Part shown: positions 30,660 through 40,113 of the stretch, one piece after another
Layout: the number at the start of each line of letters is the position of its first letter
Numbering within the stretch: position 1 is the first letter of the stretch
NCBI GenBank assembly: GCA_963713045.1
Contig: CAVQKE010000003.1
Span: forward strand, 736,001 to 800,000
Length of the DNA: 64,000 nucleotides
Source: an uncultured delta proteobacterium
Lineage (GTDB): Bacteria > Myxococcota > Myxococcia > Myxococcales > Myxococcaceae
Direction: 5' to 3'
The notes under the pieces: model-generated
Database searches by the model: none
What the model was told of the DNA's origin: nothing
What the model saw: the letters and a program-made list of their open reading frames with translations, nothing else
Program-made: the position numbers and the translations under genes

Positions 30660-32696
30660 CTAGCGGGCAGCTTCCGAGTCTCCGACGGCGGACAACTCAA
30701 GAGTCACCCGCGCGCCCTTGGCCACCCTGGCCCCGGGGCCCGGGCTCTGCGCCACCACACGCCCACTTCCGACCAGCCGCGGCTCCAGCGCCAGCGACAG
30801 CAGGCGTGACACCGCCTCTCGGCCCACCCGTCCCTGGACGTCCGGAACGGCCACCGCCCCGGATTGGAGGCGCTCGGTGAGCGTCTCCTCCGAAGTCGTT
30901 TCCCCTTTTCCCTGCACCGCTGGTGTCCTGAAGGGCAGCGTTCGGACCTCCGGGGCCTTGGCGACTGCCGCCGGCCCCCGCGAAGGCGCCACCCCCAGGC
31001 CAGGCAGGGCTGCGGCGGCAATTTCCTTGAAGGCCGGGGCCGCGACCAAGCCTCCGTAGGCGTCCGTTTTGGGCTCGTCGATGACAACCAAGACGACAAG
31101 CCGCGGGTCCTCCGCCGGCACCAGCCCAGCGAAGCTGGCGATGCGGCGTTCGGAATAGCCGCCCGCCACCGGGTCCGGCTTCTGTGCGGTGCCCGTCTTT
31201 CCTGCCACCCGGTAGTCCTCCATGTGGGCGCGCGCGCCCGTTCCCTCTTTGCCCACCACGCCTTCCAGCATCGACACCACTGTGCGGGCCACCTTCTCAG
31301 ACACCACCCGGCGCACCTCGATGGGCTGGTTCTCCAAAAGCACCACCCCGTCCGCGTCGGTCACGCGCGCGACGATGTAGGGCCGCATCAAAACGCCCCC
31401 GTTGGCCAGGGCGCCGAAGGCTGCTGCCACCTGGACAGCGGTCGCACTCACCCCTTGGCCGAAGGCCTGGGTGGCCAAGGCCACTTCGGCGCGCGGGAAG
31501 GGAACAGAGCCCCGACCCTCGTGCGGCAGCGCTAGCCCCGAGCGGTCGCCAAAGCCAAATTGGCGCAGCGTGCGGACCATCCCCTCCCGGCCCAGCCGCT
31601 GCGCCACCTTGCCGATGCCGATGTTGGACGACACCTGGAGGATGCGGGGCAGCGTCAACCAGCCATGGGAGTGGGTGTCGTGGATGACGTGCTTGCCCAC
31701 CTCCCAGGCGCCATTCTCGCAGAAGAAACTCTCGTCGACGCGCACCGCTCCGGACTCCAGGGCACCGGCGGCGACAAAGGCCTTGAAGGTGCTTCCCGGC
31801 TCGAAGACGTCCAATGCCGCGCGGTCCCGCAGCACGGTTGGGCTGACGCCGCCCGCTGAGTTGGGGTTGAACCGCGGGGCATGCGCCACGGCGAGCAGCT
31901 CCCCCGTGCGGGGGTCCAGCGCCACCACCATGCCGCTGAGGGCCTGGCTCTCGGCCACTGCTTGGTCGAGCACCTTCTCGGCGGTGTATTGCAGCGTGCG
32001 GTCCAGCGTCAGGGTGACGTTGGCGCCCTCGCGGGCCTGAGCGCCGGGCGCGCCGTCGAGCAACACGTTGCGGCCGCGGGCATCGCGAATGCCTTCCACC
32101 TTGGTGCCAATGCCGGACAGTTCGTCCTCAAAGGCAAGCTCCAGTCCCTCCAGTCCGTGGCCATCCTTGCCCACCACCCCCAGCACCTGCGCCGCCAGCT
32201 CCTTCTGTGGGTAGAAGCGCTTCGGCTCCTTGGTGACGCCCAACCCCGGAACGCCCAGGGCCTGGGCGGCTGCCAGCTCTGGCGGCGTCACCTGGCGCTT
32301 GACCCAGGCGAAGCGGTGAGCGCGCGCGAAGCGCTGGGTGAGCTCTGTGGCGTCCAGCCGCAGGACACGGGCCAAGTCCGCCGAGGCCCGAGCCGGGTCC
32401 CCCAACTGCGAGGGGTCAATCCACAGCGAGTCCACCTCGACGCTGGAAGCGAGGCTCACTCCGCGACGGTCGAGGATTTCCCCACGGCGGGCTGGGACTT
32501 CCGTCTCGCGGGAGGACTGGTCGGAGGCCATCAGCCCAAGCTGGGCGGACTGGAGGACTTGCAGTTGCACCGCCCGCGCCAGCGCCAAGGCAAGGCCCAA
32601 CAGCAAAAGGCCGCCCATCATCGCCACGCGCAGCCGCACCCAACGGGTGGCAGCGTCCCCAGCCCCGCGGGCCGGGCTGTAGCCCCCCGTTGCCAT
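30660..32696 (-). CDS. ftsI: Class B penicillin-binding protein (PBP3) with C-terminal PASTA domain
   Basis: RRGEILDR, EPGSTFK (SxxK), SSN, KTGT, VPDVQG..QSPGPG PASTA. Confidence 0.96.
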   Translation of the reverse strand: MATGGYSPARGAGDAATRWVRLRVAMMGGLLLLGLALALARAVQLQVLQSAQLGLMASDQSSRETEVPARRGEILDRRGVSLASSVEVDSLWIDPSQLGDPARASADLARVLRLDATELTQRFARAHRFAWVKRQVTPPELAAAQALGVPGLGVTKEPKRFYPQKELAAQVLGVVGKDGHGLEGLELAFEDELSGIGTKVEGIRDARGRNVLLDGAPGAQAREGANVTLTLDRTLQYTAEKVLDQAVAESQALSGMVVALDPRTGELLAVAHAPRFNPNSAGGVSPTVLRDRAALDVFEPGSTFKAFVAAGALESGAVRVDESFFCENGAWEVGKHVIHDTHSHGWLTLPRILQVSSNIGIGKVAQRLGREGMVRTLRQFGFGDRSGLALPHEGRGSVPFPRAEVALATQAFGQGVSATAVQVAAAFGALANGGVLMRPYIVARVTDADGVVLLENQPIEVRRVVSEKVARTVVSMLEGVVGKEGTGARAHMEDYRVAGKTGTAQKPDPVAGGYSERRIASFAGLVPAEDPRLVVLVVIDEPKTDAYGGLVAAPAFKEIAAAALPGLGVAPSRGPAAVAKAPEVRTLPFRTPAVQGKGETTSEETLTERLQSGAVAVPDVQGRVGREAVSRLLSLALEPRLVGSGRVVAQSPGPGARVAKGARVTLELSAVGDSEAAR

Positions 32697-32701
32697 AGGC
32701 T

Positions 32702-33079
32702 TCAGGGACGACCGGCCACGGCGACGGGCCGGTTGCGCGCGGCGCGTTGGACCGGCCCTGGCCCTGGCTGGGACAGCGCGCTGATGGCGCCCGGTGCAGG
32801 TGGGGCCATGCCGAGGCTTTCTCGGGCCAGCCTCTCGAGACGCTCCGAGCGCTTCAGCGTGCCCAACTCCAGCCGCAGCCGGTCATTCTCCAGCAGCAGG
32901 GAGCGGTTCTCGCCTTCGAGGTGGCTCAACGTGTAGCCGGTGTCCACCACCTCGGTGCGAGCGGCCACGTGGAGAATGCCGACCGCTGCCACCAGGGCTG
33001 CCACCAGCGCGCCCGGCAGCAGCTGGCGAAGGACGACACCCAGCGTCGGGCGCCGACTGCGGAGCCGGTGGCCGCTCAC
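32702..33079 (-). CDS. ftsL: Cell division protein FtsL
   Basis: Single TM plus leucine coiled coil ending [15 protein letters not shown] overlaps the rsmH stop. Confidence 0.88.
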   Translation of the reverse strand: MSGHRLRSRRPTLGVVLRQLLPGALVAALVAAVGILHVAARTEVVDTGYTLSHLEGENRSLLLENDRLRLELGTLKRSERLERLARESLGMAPPAPGAISALSQPGPGPVQRAARNRPVAVAGRP

Positions 33080-33987
33080 GAGAGTCGCTCCACCGCGCGG
33101 AGCCGGGCGCTGCGAGACCGCGGGTTGTTGGCCACCTCCGCGCCCGAGGCTTTCACCGCCTTGCGCGTCAGCGGGCGGAAGCTTCCACCCGCGCCGCAGA
33201 CGCACACCGGAAGCCCCGGGGGACAGGTGCACCGCCCCTCCAACGCGCGGAAGGCCTGCTTCACCCGGCGGTCCTCCAGCGAATGGAAGCTGATGATGGC
33301 AGCGCGGCCCCCCACCCGAAGCAGCCGCGGAAGGGCCTCCAACAGACGCTCCAGCGCCCCCAACTCATCGTTGACCCAAATGCGGAGGGCCTGGAAGGTG
33401 CGGGTGGCAACGTGGACGCGCTTGGGCCATGCGCGGCGGGGCACCGCCCGCTTCACCGCCTCCACTGCGGTTTGGGTGGTGGTGGGCCGAGCTGCCTTGA
33501 GGGCGCGAGCAATGGGCCGAGCAAAGGGCTCCTCGCCCAGTTCCCTCAGCACCCGGGCCAAGGTGGCTTCGTCGGCGCCGGCGATGGCCTCTGCTGCCGT
33601 CTGGCCCTCGGGCCCCATCCGCATGTCCAACGGGCCGTCGCTCTGAAAGGAAAATCCGCGGGCTGCGTCTTCCAGCTGTGGGCTGCTCACGCCCAAGTCG
33701 GCCAGGACGCCGTCCACCGGCAAGAGGCCGAGGGGCCCAAGCAGCCTTTCGAGGTCCCCGGCGTTGCCGCGCAGGGCGCGAAAGAGAGGGCGGCCCACCA
33801 GCCGCGCGCTCGCCGCGGCCAACGCAGCTGGGTCTCGGTCCACGCCGATGACTTCCGCGCCACGCTCGAGCAGCGCTTCGGCGTGGCCACCGCCGCCGAG
33901 GGTGGCGTCGACAATTCTCTGTCCCGTTCTGGGTGCAAGCACGTCCACCACCTCGTCGCGAAGCACCGTCTGGTGCGCGAACTCCAC
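33076..33987 (-). CDS. rsmH: 16S rRNA m4C1402 methyltransferase
   Basis: [53 protein letters not shown]. Confidence 0.98.
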   Translation of the reverse strand: MEFAHQTVLRDEVVDVLAPRTGQRIVDATLGGGGHAEALLERGAEVIGVDRDPAALAAASARLVGRPLFRALRGNAGDLERLLGPLGLLPVDGVLADLGVSSPQLEDAARGFSFQSDGPLDMRMGPEGQTAAEAIAGADEATLARVLRELGEEPFARPIARALKAARPTTTQTAVEAVKRAVPRRAWPKRVHVATRTFQALRIWVNDELGALERLLEALPRLLRVGGRAAIISFHSLEDRRVKQAFRALEGRCTCPPGLPVCVCGAGGSFRPLTRKAVKASGAEVANNPRSRSARLRAVERLS

Positions 33988-34005
33988 GCTTCTGCCCGGT
34001 CGCGG

Positions 34006-34386
34006 CTACCCGTCCTCGAAGGGGCTGGTCATCGCGGCACGCGCGTCGCTCGCGTCGCGGAACACCTCGAAGGCCCCATCGGCGCCGCCGGCGCGCAGCA
34101 CTGCCTGCAGGTAGGGCGACAAGCCGCACACCTTGAGGTCGCCCCCGGCGTGCCGGAAGGCCGCGGCCCGGGCCGCCAGCGCAGCCACCCCCCGGTAGTC
34201 GAGGTGCTCGACCGCACTGAAGTCGAGCAACACCCAAACGCACGCCTGGTCGAAGAGGCGCACCAGCCGGTCGCCGAGCTCAGCCAGCGCGGCCTGGTCC
34301 AGCTCCCCGCGCAAGCCGAGCGTGGTGTGGCGTAGCCGCAACCGCGAACGCGGACTGCCCGTGGACTTTCTTGCGACGTCGTTCAC
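34006..34386 (-). CDS. STAS-domain (anti-sigma antagonist-like) protein
   Basis: [42 protein letters not shown] pattern; GTG overlaps the mraZ stop. Confidence 0.85.
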   Translation of the reverse strand: MNDVARKSTGSPRSRLRLRHTTLGLRGELDQAALAELGDRLVRLFDQACVWVLLDFSAVEHLDYRGVAALAARAAAFRHAGGDLKVCGLSPYLQAVLRAGGADGAFEVFRDASDARAAMTSPFEDG

Positions 34387-34847
34387 GTCTGCTCCTTGCC
34401 GTGGCGCAGCTCGGTGAGCACGCGCATCACGTCCTGAGAATCCACACCCGAGCGGGCCTCGGCCTGCGCCTGGCCCCATCCCTCGCGGCTCCACAACTCA
34501 ATGACGCGCACCATTCCCGCCCACACCACGTCCTTCTCCAGCTGGGCGTGCGCGCGCAGCGAGGGTGGGATGAGAAGCCGGCCCAGCCGGTCCAACGGGC
34601 ACTCCTGGGCCGGGGCGACGTACAACCGCATCAGCGTTTTCACGCCGGGCTCCATGGGGTTGCGGTCGGCCAGTGTGGATTCGAGGCGCTCCCACTCCCG
34701 CACCGGGTAGGCGTGCAGGCAGCGGTCCAGGGCCGTGGTGAGAATGAGGCGGTCGTCGTAGCTGCCGAGCAGCGTCTCGCGGAGGCGCGCCGGGAGGCTG
34801 GTTCTCCCCTTCGCGTCGATTTGGTGGTCGAAGACGCCCCGAAACAT
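34383..34847 (-). CDS. mraZ: Transcriptional regulator MraZ
   Basis: [25 protein letters not shown]; first gene of the dcw cluster. Confidence 0.97.
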   Translation of the reverse strand: MFRGVFDHQIDAKGRTSLPARLRETLLGSYDDRLILTTALDRCLHAYPVREWERLESTLADRNPMEPGVKTLMRLYVAPAQECPLDRLGRLLIPPSLRAHAQLEKDVVWAGMVRVIELWSREGWGQAQAEARSGVDSQDVMRVLTELRHGKEQT

Positions 34848-34890
34848 GGGTACACGGCCCGTCCTGGGTAAGGGGGTACGGCTGATCCGC

Positions 34891-34911
34891 TCCTTACCAC
34901 TTCTTACCACT
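34891..34911 (-). promoter_or_regulatory. Putative MraZ operator (10-bp-period direct repeats)
   Basis: Minus strand AGTGGTAAGA-AGTGGTAAGG: GTGG cores 10 bp apart, about 45-65 bp upstream of mraZ. Confidence 0.7.
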
Positions 34912-34985
34912 CCCGGCCAAAAGCAGAAAATCCATCCATGGCTCCGCCTTGTCTTTCGCCCGCCACCACGAGAGCTTGGAAAGCC

Positions 34986-35684
34986 ATGGAACCCGTGCGG
35001 CTCCGCGTGTCCTACCGGAGCCCCACCTCGCTGCTGCAGGCGTTCACCCGGAGCGTCGGGAAGGGCGGGGTTTCGCTGCCCAGCCGCAAGCCCCTCGAGC
35101 GAGGAACCCGCTTCGTCTTCGAGTTGGTCGCCCCGGACGTGCATGAGCCGGTGGAGGTCACCGGCGAAGTGGTGGAGGTGCGCTCGGCGGCCAACGGTGA
35201 ATACGTCCTGGGCATCCGCTACCTGCCGGGACGGAGCCGGCGTGGGTTGGACGCGGTGCTCAGTCGCCTCTTTGAATTGCACCGCGACGAGCAGGTCCGC
35301 CGCTACCCCCGCGTCCCGGTGCACCTGCGAGCGCAGGAGAATTCCGGACTGGTGACGCTGTGGAGTGTGCGCGACTTGTCGCGAGGTGGCGCCGGCGTTG
35401 AGTTGGAGGCCGGGGACTTGCCGTCCCGCGCGCAGATGGGCTCACCGGTGCTGATTGAAGTCTGGCTGGATTCGGGCAGCATTCTCCTCCACGGCGAGGT
35501 GGTGTGGATGACGGCCGGAAGCGCCCGCCCCCGAATGCCGCCGGCGCTCGGCATTAGCTTCGGCCGACTGCTGCCGGACACCCTGCGCGCGCTCGACCGC
35601 GTGCTGGTGCTGGACGGCTTCCCAGCCGGCCCCTGGAAGGCCGAGCTGCGCTTCGGGCTTCATGCCGTGGAGCGCATGCCGTAG
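34986..35684 (+). CDS. Tandem PilZ-domain protein
   Basis: N-terminal SVGKGGV PilZ-like domain; second domain with RRYPR and DLSRGG c-di-GMP motifs. Confidence 0.85.
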   Translation: MEPVRLRVSYRSPTSLLQAFTRSVGKGGVSLPSRKPLERGTRFVFELVAPDVHEPVEVTGEVVEVRSAANGEYVLGIRYLPGRSRRGLDAVLSRLFELHRDEQVRRYPRVPVHLRAQENSGLVTLWSVRDLSRGGAGVELEAGDLPSRAQMGSPVLIEVWLDSGSILLHGEVVWMTAGSARPRMPPALGISFGRLLPDTLRALDRVLVLDGFPAGPWKAELRFGLHAVERMP

Positions 35685-35793
35685 GGCTGAAATCCGCTTC
35701 GGGGCGTGGCGTCTGGAATTCCGCCGGGGGTACCCCTGCTGGACGACGCCCCGGCAGACGCCCGGACGCGCTAGCCTTCTTCGTCGAAAAGCC

Positions 35794-35928
35794 GTGCAGC
35801 TGGCCACTCCACCTCCGCTTTCCAGTGCCGTGTCGGCCCGCCGAGGACGGAGGTGGTGGGTGCTGGGCCTCGTGTGGTGGGCCCTCTTCCTGGCCGTGTT
35901 GGTGGTGGCCGTGCGCGAATGCGGCTGA
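35794..35928 (+). CDS. Possible small single-TM protein (44 aa)
   Basis: RRGRRWWVLGLVWWALFLAVLVVAVRECG: basic patch then TM helix; start uncertain. Confidence 0.45.
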   Translation: MQLATPPPLSSAVSARRGRRWWVLGLVWWALFLAVLVVAVRECG

Positions 35929-35965
35929 CGTGGCGGGGACGCCCGGGTGACGTTGCCGTCCCGGT

Positions 35966-36364
35966 TCAGCGAGCGTCGGGCAGTGTGAAGTCGAAGTCGT
36001 AGAAATGCTGTCCCTCGACAATCCGGATGCCCATCGCACCCGACAGGCCCACCAGCCCTCCGGAGCCCGTGTCTGGCACGACGGTGATGCTCAGCTGGGA
36101 AGCCGTCTTCGACATGGTCCCGGAGTGTTGGAGCACGAAGCTGCCGCGATGCCCGCCGAGCGTCCCAGTCACGCGCTCGACGGCCACGTAGCCGGCAGAA
36201 CCCGAGGCTTCGGCGACAGCACTGAGCATCTGGCCTTGGCTGGCGGCTTCCAGCGCGCCGTGAAACTGCTTGTCGATGGACAGCCGGCCCAGGGTCGAAC
36301 CGTTGGCCCGCTCCTCTGGGCCTTGTGGCGTCAACTTCACTTCAAATGGTCCGCTGACATGCAT
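35966..36364 (-). CDS. DUF3224-family protein
   Basis: IDKQFHGALE, SAGYVAVERVTGTL, GSFVLQHSG, VVPDTGSGGL; GAGGAG RBS. Confidence 0.9.
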   Translation of the reverse strand: MHVSGPFEVKLTPQGPEERANGSTLGRLSIDKQFHGALEAASQGQMLSAVAEASGSAGYVAVERVTGTLGGHRGSFVLQHSGTMSKTASQLSITVVPDTGSGGLVGLSGAMGIRIVEGQHFYDFDFTLPDAR

Positions 36365-36507
36365 GTTTGCCCGCTCCTCACTCGCTCCCCGCTGACAACC
36401 GTGGAGATGGGAACGGCCATAGTCCGGCCAACCGCAATCCGGCTTGTAAAAATGCGACACCCGCTGGACGCTTTCCAAAGAAGCCGTTGAGAGGCCCGCC
36501 CCCTGAG

Positions 36508-37293
36508 GTGTCCCGAGGAGTCCTGTCACCGCCCGCCGATGCGGCGGGAGTTGCCTACCAGCGCGTTGCCCCGCGTCCGGAGCTGGCCCCTTTCATCGCG
36601 CATTTCTGGATGGTGCACTGGGACCGTCGAGGAAAGTCGGCCTTCCTCGCCGAGACGCTTCCGCACCCCTGCGTGCAGCTCCTCTTCGAGCGAGGCCGCG
36701 CCCTGGTGGCTGGCGTCCAGACGCGCCTCTTCCGCCGGCGGCTGCAAGGTCAAGGCCGCGTCTTTGGCATCAAGTTCCGCCCGGCGGCCTTCCACCCCGT
36801 GCTGCGAGCGCCTCTGTCACGGCTTCGAGACCGCGTGGTGGGCCTGGCTTCGGTCTTCGGCCCAGACAGCGACCCCTGGAAGAAGGCCCTCCTCGAAGCA
36901 AGCGACGTCCAACGCTGCGTCGCGCTTGCCGAGGGCTTCCTTCAAGAACGACTCCCGGCGATGCCTCCGGAAACGACTGAACTGCGGGACCTGGTCGAGC
37001 GCCTCGCCTGGGACACCCGCGTTGCTCGGGTCCAAGAGGCGGCGGCTCTCGTCGGTCTGGACGTGCGCAGCCTGCAGCGCCGTTTTGACCGCGCGGTGGG
37101 CGTCAGCCCGAAGTGGGTGCTTCAGCGCTACCGTCTTCACCAAGCGGCCGAACAACTGACGCGGGCACCCACTGCGGATGGGGCAAGCATCGCGCTCGAA
37201 CTCGGCTACTTCGATCAGTCGCACTTCATCCACAGCTTTAAGGCCGCCGTCGGCCGACCTCCAGGTCAGCACAGCCGGGGGCGTCGCTCCTGA
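36508..37293 (+). CDS. AraC-family regulator (DUF6597-type N-terminus; start approximate)
   Basis: ETLPHPCV; RSLQRRF..VGVSPKW..LGYFDQSHFIHSFK HTH. Confidence 0.9.
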   Translation: MSRGVLSPPADAAGVAYQRVAPRPELAPFIAHFWMVHWDRRGKSAFLAETLPHPCVQLLFERGRALVAGVQTRLFRRRLQGQGRVFGIKFRPAAFHPVLRAPLSRLRDRVVGLASVFGPDSDPWKKALLEASDVQRCVALAEGFLQERLPAMPPETTELRDLVERLAWDTRVARVQEAAALVGLDVRSLQRRFDRAVGVSPKWVLQRYRLHQAAEQLTRAPTADGASIALELGYFDQSHFIHSFKAAVGRPPGQHSRGRRS

Positions 37294-37302
37294 GGAGCGC
37301 CC

Positions 37303-39108
37303 TTACCCGACTGCCGCCGGGTAACCCCCGGCGGTCTCGATGGCCTGCACCACCGTCTCCCGCAGCGTCGCCGGCGAATAAGGACGGAATTGGGTGAGGG
37401 GCGCAATGCGGTTGAGGAGCTGCTCGAGCGCAGGGCCTTCGGCGCAGGCACACAGCGCGCGCCGGGTCCGCTCAATCCCCCGCGCGTGCGCTTCGACGGC
37501 GAAGGCCGCCGTCAGGGCCACCCGCACAGGCTCGAGGCCGCCCGGGCCAGCCGCCTGCCGTGTCCGGGTCACCATCGAGTCCACCGCGTAGGCGTCGATG
37601 ATGACGTCCGACACTGCACCCAGCACTTCCTGGTGCTGCTCCTGCGCGGTGCCGAAGGCTTCGACCGCCGCCTTGAGGGCGGCCATGGCGAGCCACTTGA
37701 GAGACTCAGCCGTGTGCGCCGCAGCACCCAGGGCGTCGCGGCCGGCCGGTGCTGGACCGCTCTTGCCAGCCAGGGCGCGTTCCACCGCTTCGGCGTGCGC
37801 AAACAACGGCAGGCCTCCCTTCGCGGCGCGCTTGAGCAGCATGCCGGTCACCAGCATCCGGTTGATTTCGTTGGTTCCTTCAAAAATGCGGTTGATGCGT
37901 GCATCGCGGTAGGCGCGCTCCACCGGATAGTCCTCGATGAAGCCGGCGCCCCCGTGAATTTGCACTGCGTCGTCCACGACCTGCCCCAAGGCCTCGCTGC
38001 CGGCCACCTTCAGGATGGAGGCCTCCACCGCAAACTCCTCCTGGGCGGCGATTGTTTTCGCGTCGTAGTCGTCGGCCGAGCGGTCTGCGTTGGCCAGCGC
38101 CGCGTCGATGAGGCCCGACGTGCGGTAGCACATCGACTCCACCGCGTAGATGGAGCCGGCCATGCGTGCGAACTTCTCGCGCAGCAGGGGAAACTTCAAA
38201 ATCGCGGTATTGAATTGCTTGCGTTCGGCAGCGAAGCGCACCGCATTCTGCAGCTGCTGTTTCATGCCCCCCAGGACAGCCGCTCCCAGCTTCAGCCGAC
38301 CGAGGTTGAGAATGTTGAAGGCGATTTTGTGCCCCTTCCCAATCTCCCCGAGGACGTTCTCCACCGGGATGCGCGCATCCTCGAAATACAGCGGACAGGT
38401 GGAGGAGCCGCGAATGCCCATCTTGTGCTCCTCCGGACCCACCGTGAACCCGGGCGTGCCGCGCTCCACCACGAAGCCGGTGAATTTGTCCCCATCCACC
38501 TTGGCAAAGACGACGAAGACGTCGGCGAAGGCGGCGTTGGTGATGTAGAGCTTGCTACCATTCAGCACCCAGGACTTCCCGTCCGCCGACTTGACCGCCT
38601 TGGTCTTCGCGCCGAGCGCGTCCGAGCCACTGCCCTGCTCGGTCAAAGCATAGGCGGCCAGTTTCTGGCCGCTGGCGAGGGCCGGAAGCCAGCGCCGCTT
38701 TTGCTCCGGAGTGCCAAACCAGGCGATGGGCAGCGTGCCAATCCCGGTGTGGGCACTGAAGGTCACGCTCCAACTGCCATTCAGCCCGTTGGCCTCGGCC
38801 ACCAGCATCGACGTCGTCTTGGCCGCCTGAAGGCCGCCATAGGCCTCCGGGAGGTCGAGCCCGAGGAGGCCAAGCTCCCCCGCCTGCCGCAACAAGGACA
38901 CCAGCAGCGCATTGTCCTTCGCCTCGATGGCCGCCGCCCGTGGCAGCACCTGCTCCCGGCAAAACTGCAGCGCCGTCTTCCAATACAGTCGCTGCTCCTC
39001 GCTCAGCGACTCGGGCGTGGTGATGGGGCGGTGACCCACTTCCTCGAGGAGGAAGCCCCCCCCCAGCGAGTGGGCCAGCGACGCGGTGGGCTCAAGCACG
39101 GCAGCCAT
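37303..39108 (-). CDS. Acyl-CoA dehydrogenase (long, FadE-type)
   Basis: YALTEQGSGSDA, LNGSKLYITN, KMGIRGSST, RKQF, QIHGGAGF, IFEGTNEINR. Confidence 0.96.
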   Translation of the reverse strand: MAAVLEPTASLAHSLGGGFLLEEVGHRPITTPESLSEEQRLYWKTALQFCREQVLPRAAAIEAKDNALLVSLLRQAGELGLLGLDLPEAYGGLQAAKTTSMLVAEANGLNGSWSVTFSAHTGIGTLPIAWFGTPEQKRRWLPALASGQKLAAYALTEQGSGSDALGAKTKAVKSADGKSWVLNGSKLYITNAAFADVFVVFAKVDGDKFTGFVVERGTPGFTVGPEEHKMGIRGSSTCPLYFEDARIPVENVLGEIGKGHKIAFNILNLGRLKLGAAVLGGMKQQLQNAVRFAAERKQFNTAILKFPLLREKFARMAGSIYAVESMCYRTSGLIDAALANADRSADDYDAKTIAAQEEFAVEASILKVAGSEALGQVVDDAVQIHGGAGFIEDYPVERAYRDARINRIFEGTNEINRMLVTGMLLKRAAKGGLPLFAHAEAVERALAGKSGPAPAGRDALGAAAHTAESLKWLAMAALKAAVEAFGTAQEQHQEVLGAVSDVIIDAYAVDSMVTRTRQAAGPGGLEPVRVALTAAFAVEAHARGIERTRRALCACAEGPALEQLLNRIAPLTQFRPYSPATLRETVVQAIETAGGYPAAVG

Positions 39109-39151
39109 GGGCACCTCTAGGGACTGACTTGGATGTCAACCGACACGCCTC

Positions 39152-39958
39152 TTAACGCGAGGCCGGCCCCCCGCGCCATCCGGACGGGCGCGGGTACACC
39201 AGGCACAGGGAGGTAAACAGAGGGTGGCCTGCAGCTTCCCAAGCCGCCGTCAGCACCGAGGCAGTCTCACGCAACTCGGTTCCAAAGGAGGGCACCACGC
39301 AGAGGGCGTCGGCCTGTGGAAACCGGCTCTTCAGCCGCTCCATCCCTTCGCGGGCCAGCGCGACGTCCAGCTGACCGCCGCGGCGCGGCACGGTGGGTCC
39401 ATTGGCATCGCCCCCGGGAAGCTTCCCCACGTTACTCACCAGCTCAAGCCCGTCCTGTCGCTGGATGATGCGCAGCGCGCCCTGCTCGGGCTGGTGCAAC
39501 CAAGCGGCGAACGCAGGCCCATCGCGCAGCGAAAGGTGGAAGGCCACCTGGCCGCTGGGGTGAAGCAGCCAAGTCTGGGTGCCTCCGTCATCCAACGCAG
39601 CAAGCAGTGGGGCGAGCTGCGCCAGGTACGTCGTGGCGTCCGGGACCAGCAACGCCGGGGCGTGACCGACCGCCGCCAGAAGGCCGGCGCGACCCTCGGC
39701 GGTGTCGACGCTGAAGTGGGCGCCTCCCAGTTGCACCGAGTTGCCGGCCAGCTTGAGGCGGACGGCGCCCGCCGGGATGGCATCGCCCCAGACCGGCGCC
39801 GCCTCCACCTGGTAGGCGGCCTCACGTCCGGCGCCGGGCGGCACGCTGGCCTGCAACGGGGCCAGCGGCGCAGGCGCAAGCGCCTTCAAGGGTGGCGACG
39901 CCTCTTGCCGCTGACAGCCAAGCAGCGCCACCCAACCGAAGAGACACCAAGCGCGCAT
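39152..39958 (-). CDS. Hypothetical lipoprotein
   Basis: MRAWCLFGWVALLG-C lipobox; good codon bias. Confidence 0.7.
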   Translation of the reverse strand: MRAWCLFGWVALLGCQRQEASPPLKALAPAPLAPLQASVPPGAGREAAYQVEAAPVWGDAIPAGAVRLKLAGNSVQLGGAHFSVDTAEGRAGLLAAVGHAPALLVPDATTYLAQLAPLLAALDDGGTQTWLLHPSGQVAFHLSLRDGPAFAAWLHQPEQGALRIIQRQDGLELVSNVGKLPGGDANGPTVPRRGGQLDVALAREGMERLKSRFPQADALCVVPSFGTELRETASVLTAAWEAAGHPLFTSLCLVYPRPSGWRGGPASR

Positions 39959-40113
39959 CTCGCGGCAGCAGTGTAGGCGGTTGAAGCCGTTCCACCGCAA
40001 GCGGAACGCCCGAAATTGGGCGACTCGGAATTTCGGGCGCTTGCTCAACTGCTTCGGGGCACACGCACCACCCGGCCGGGCGCCCCGTGCCCTGCGTGTT
40101 ACGCTCGCGGACC

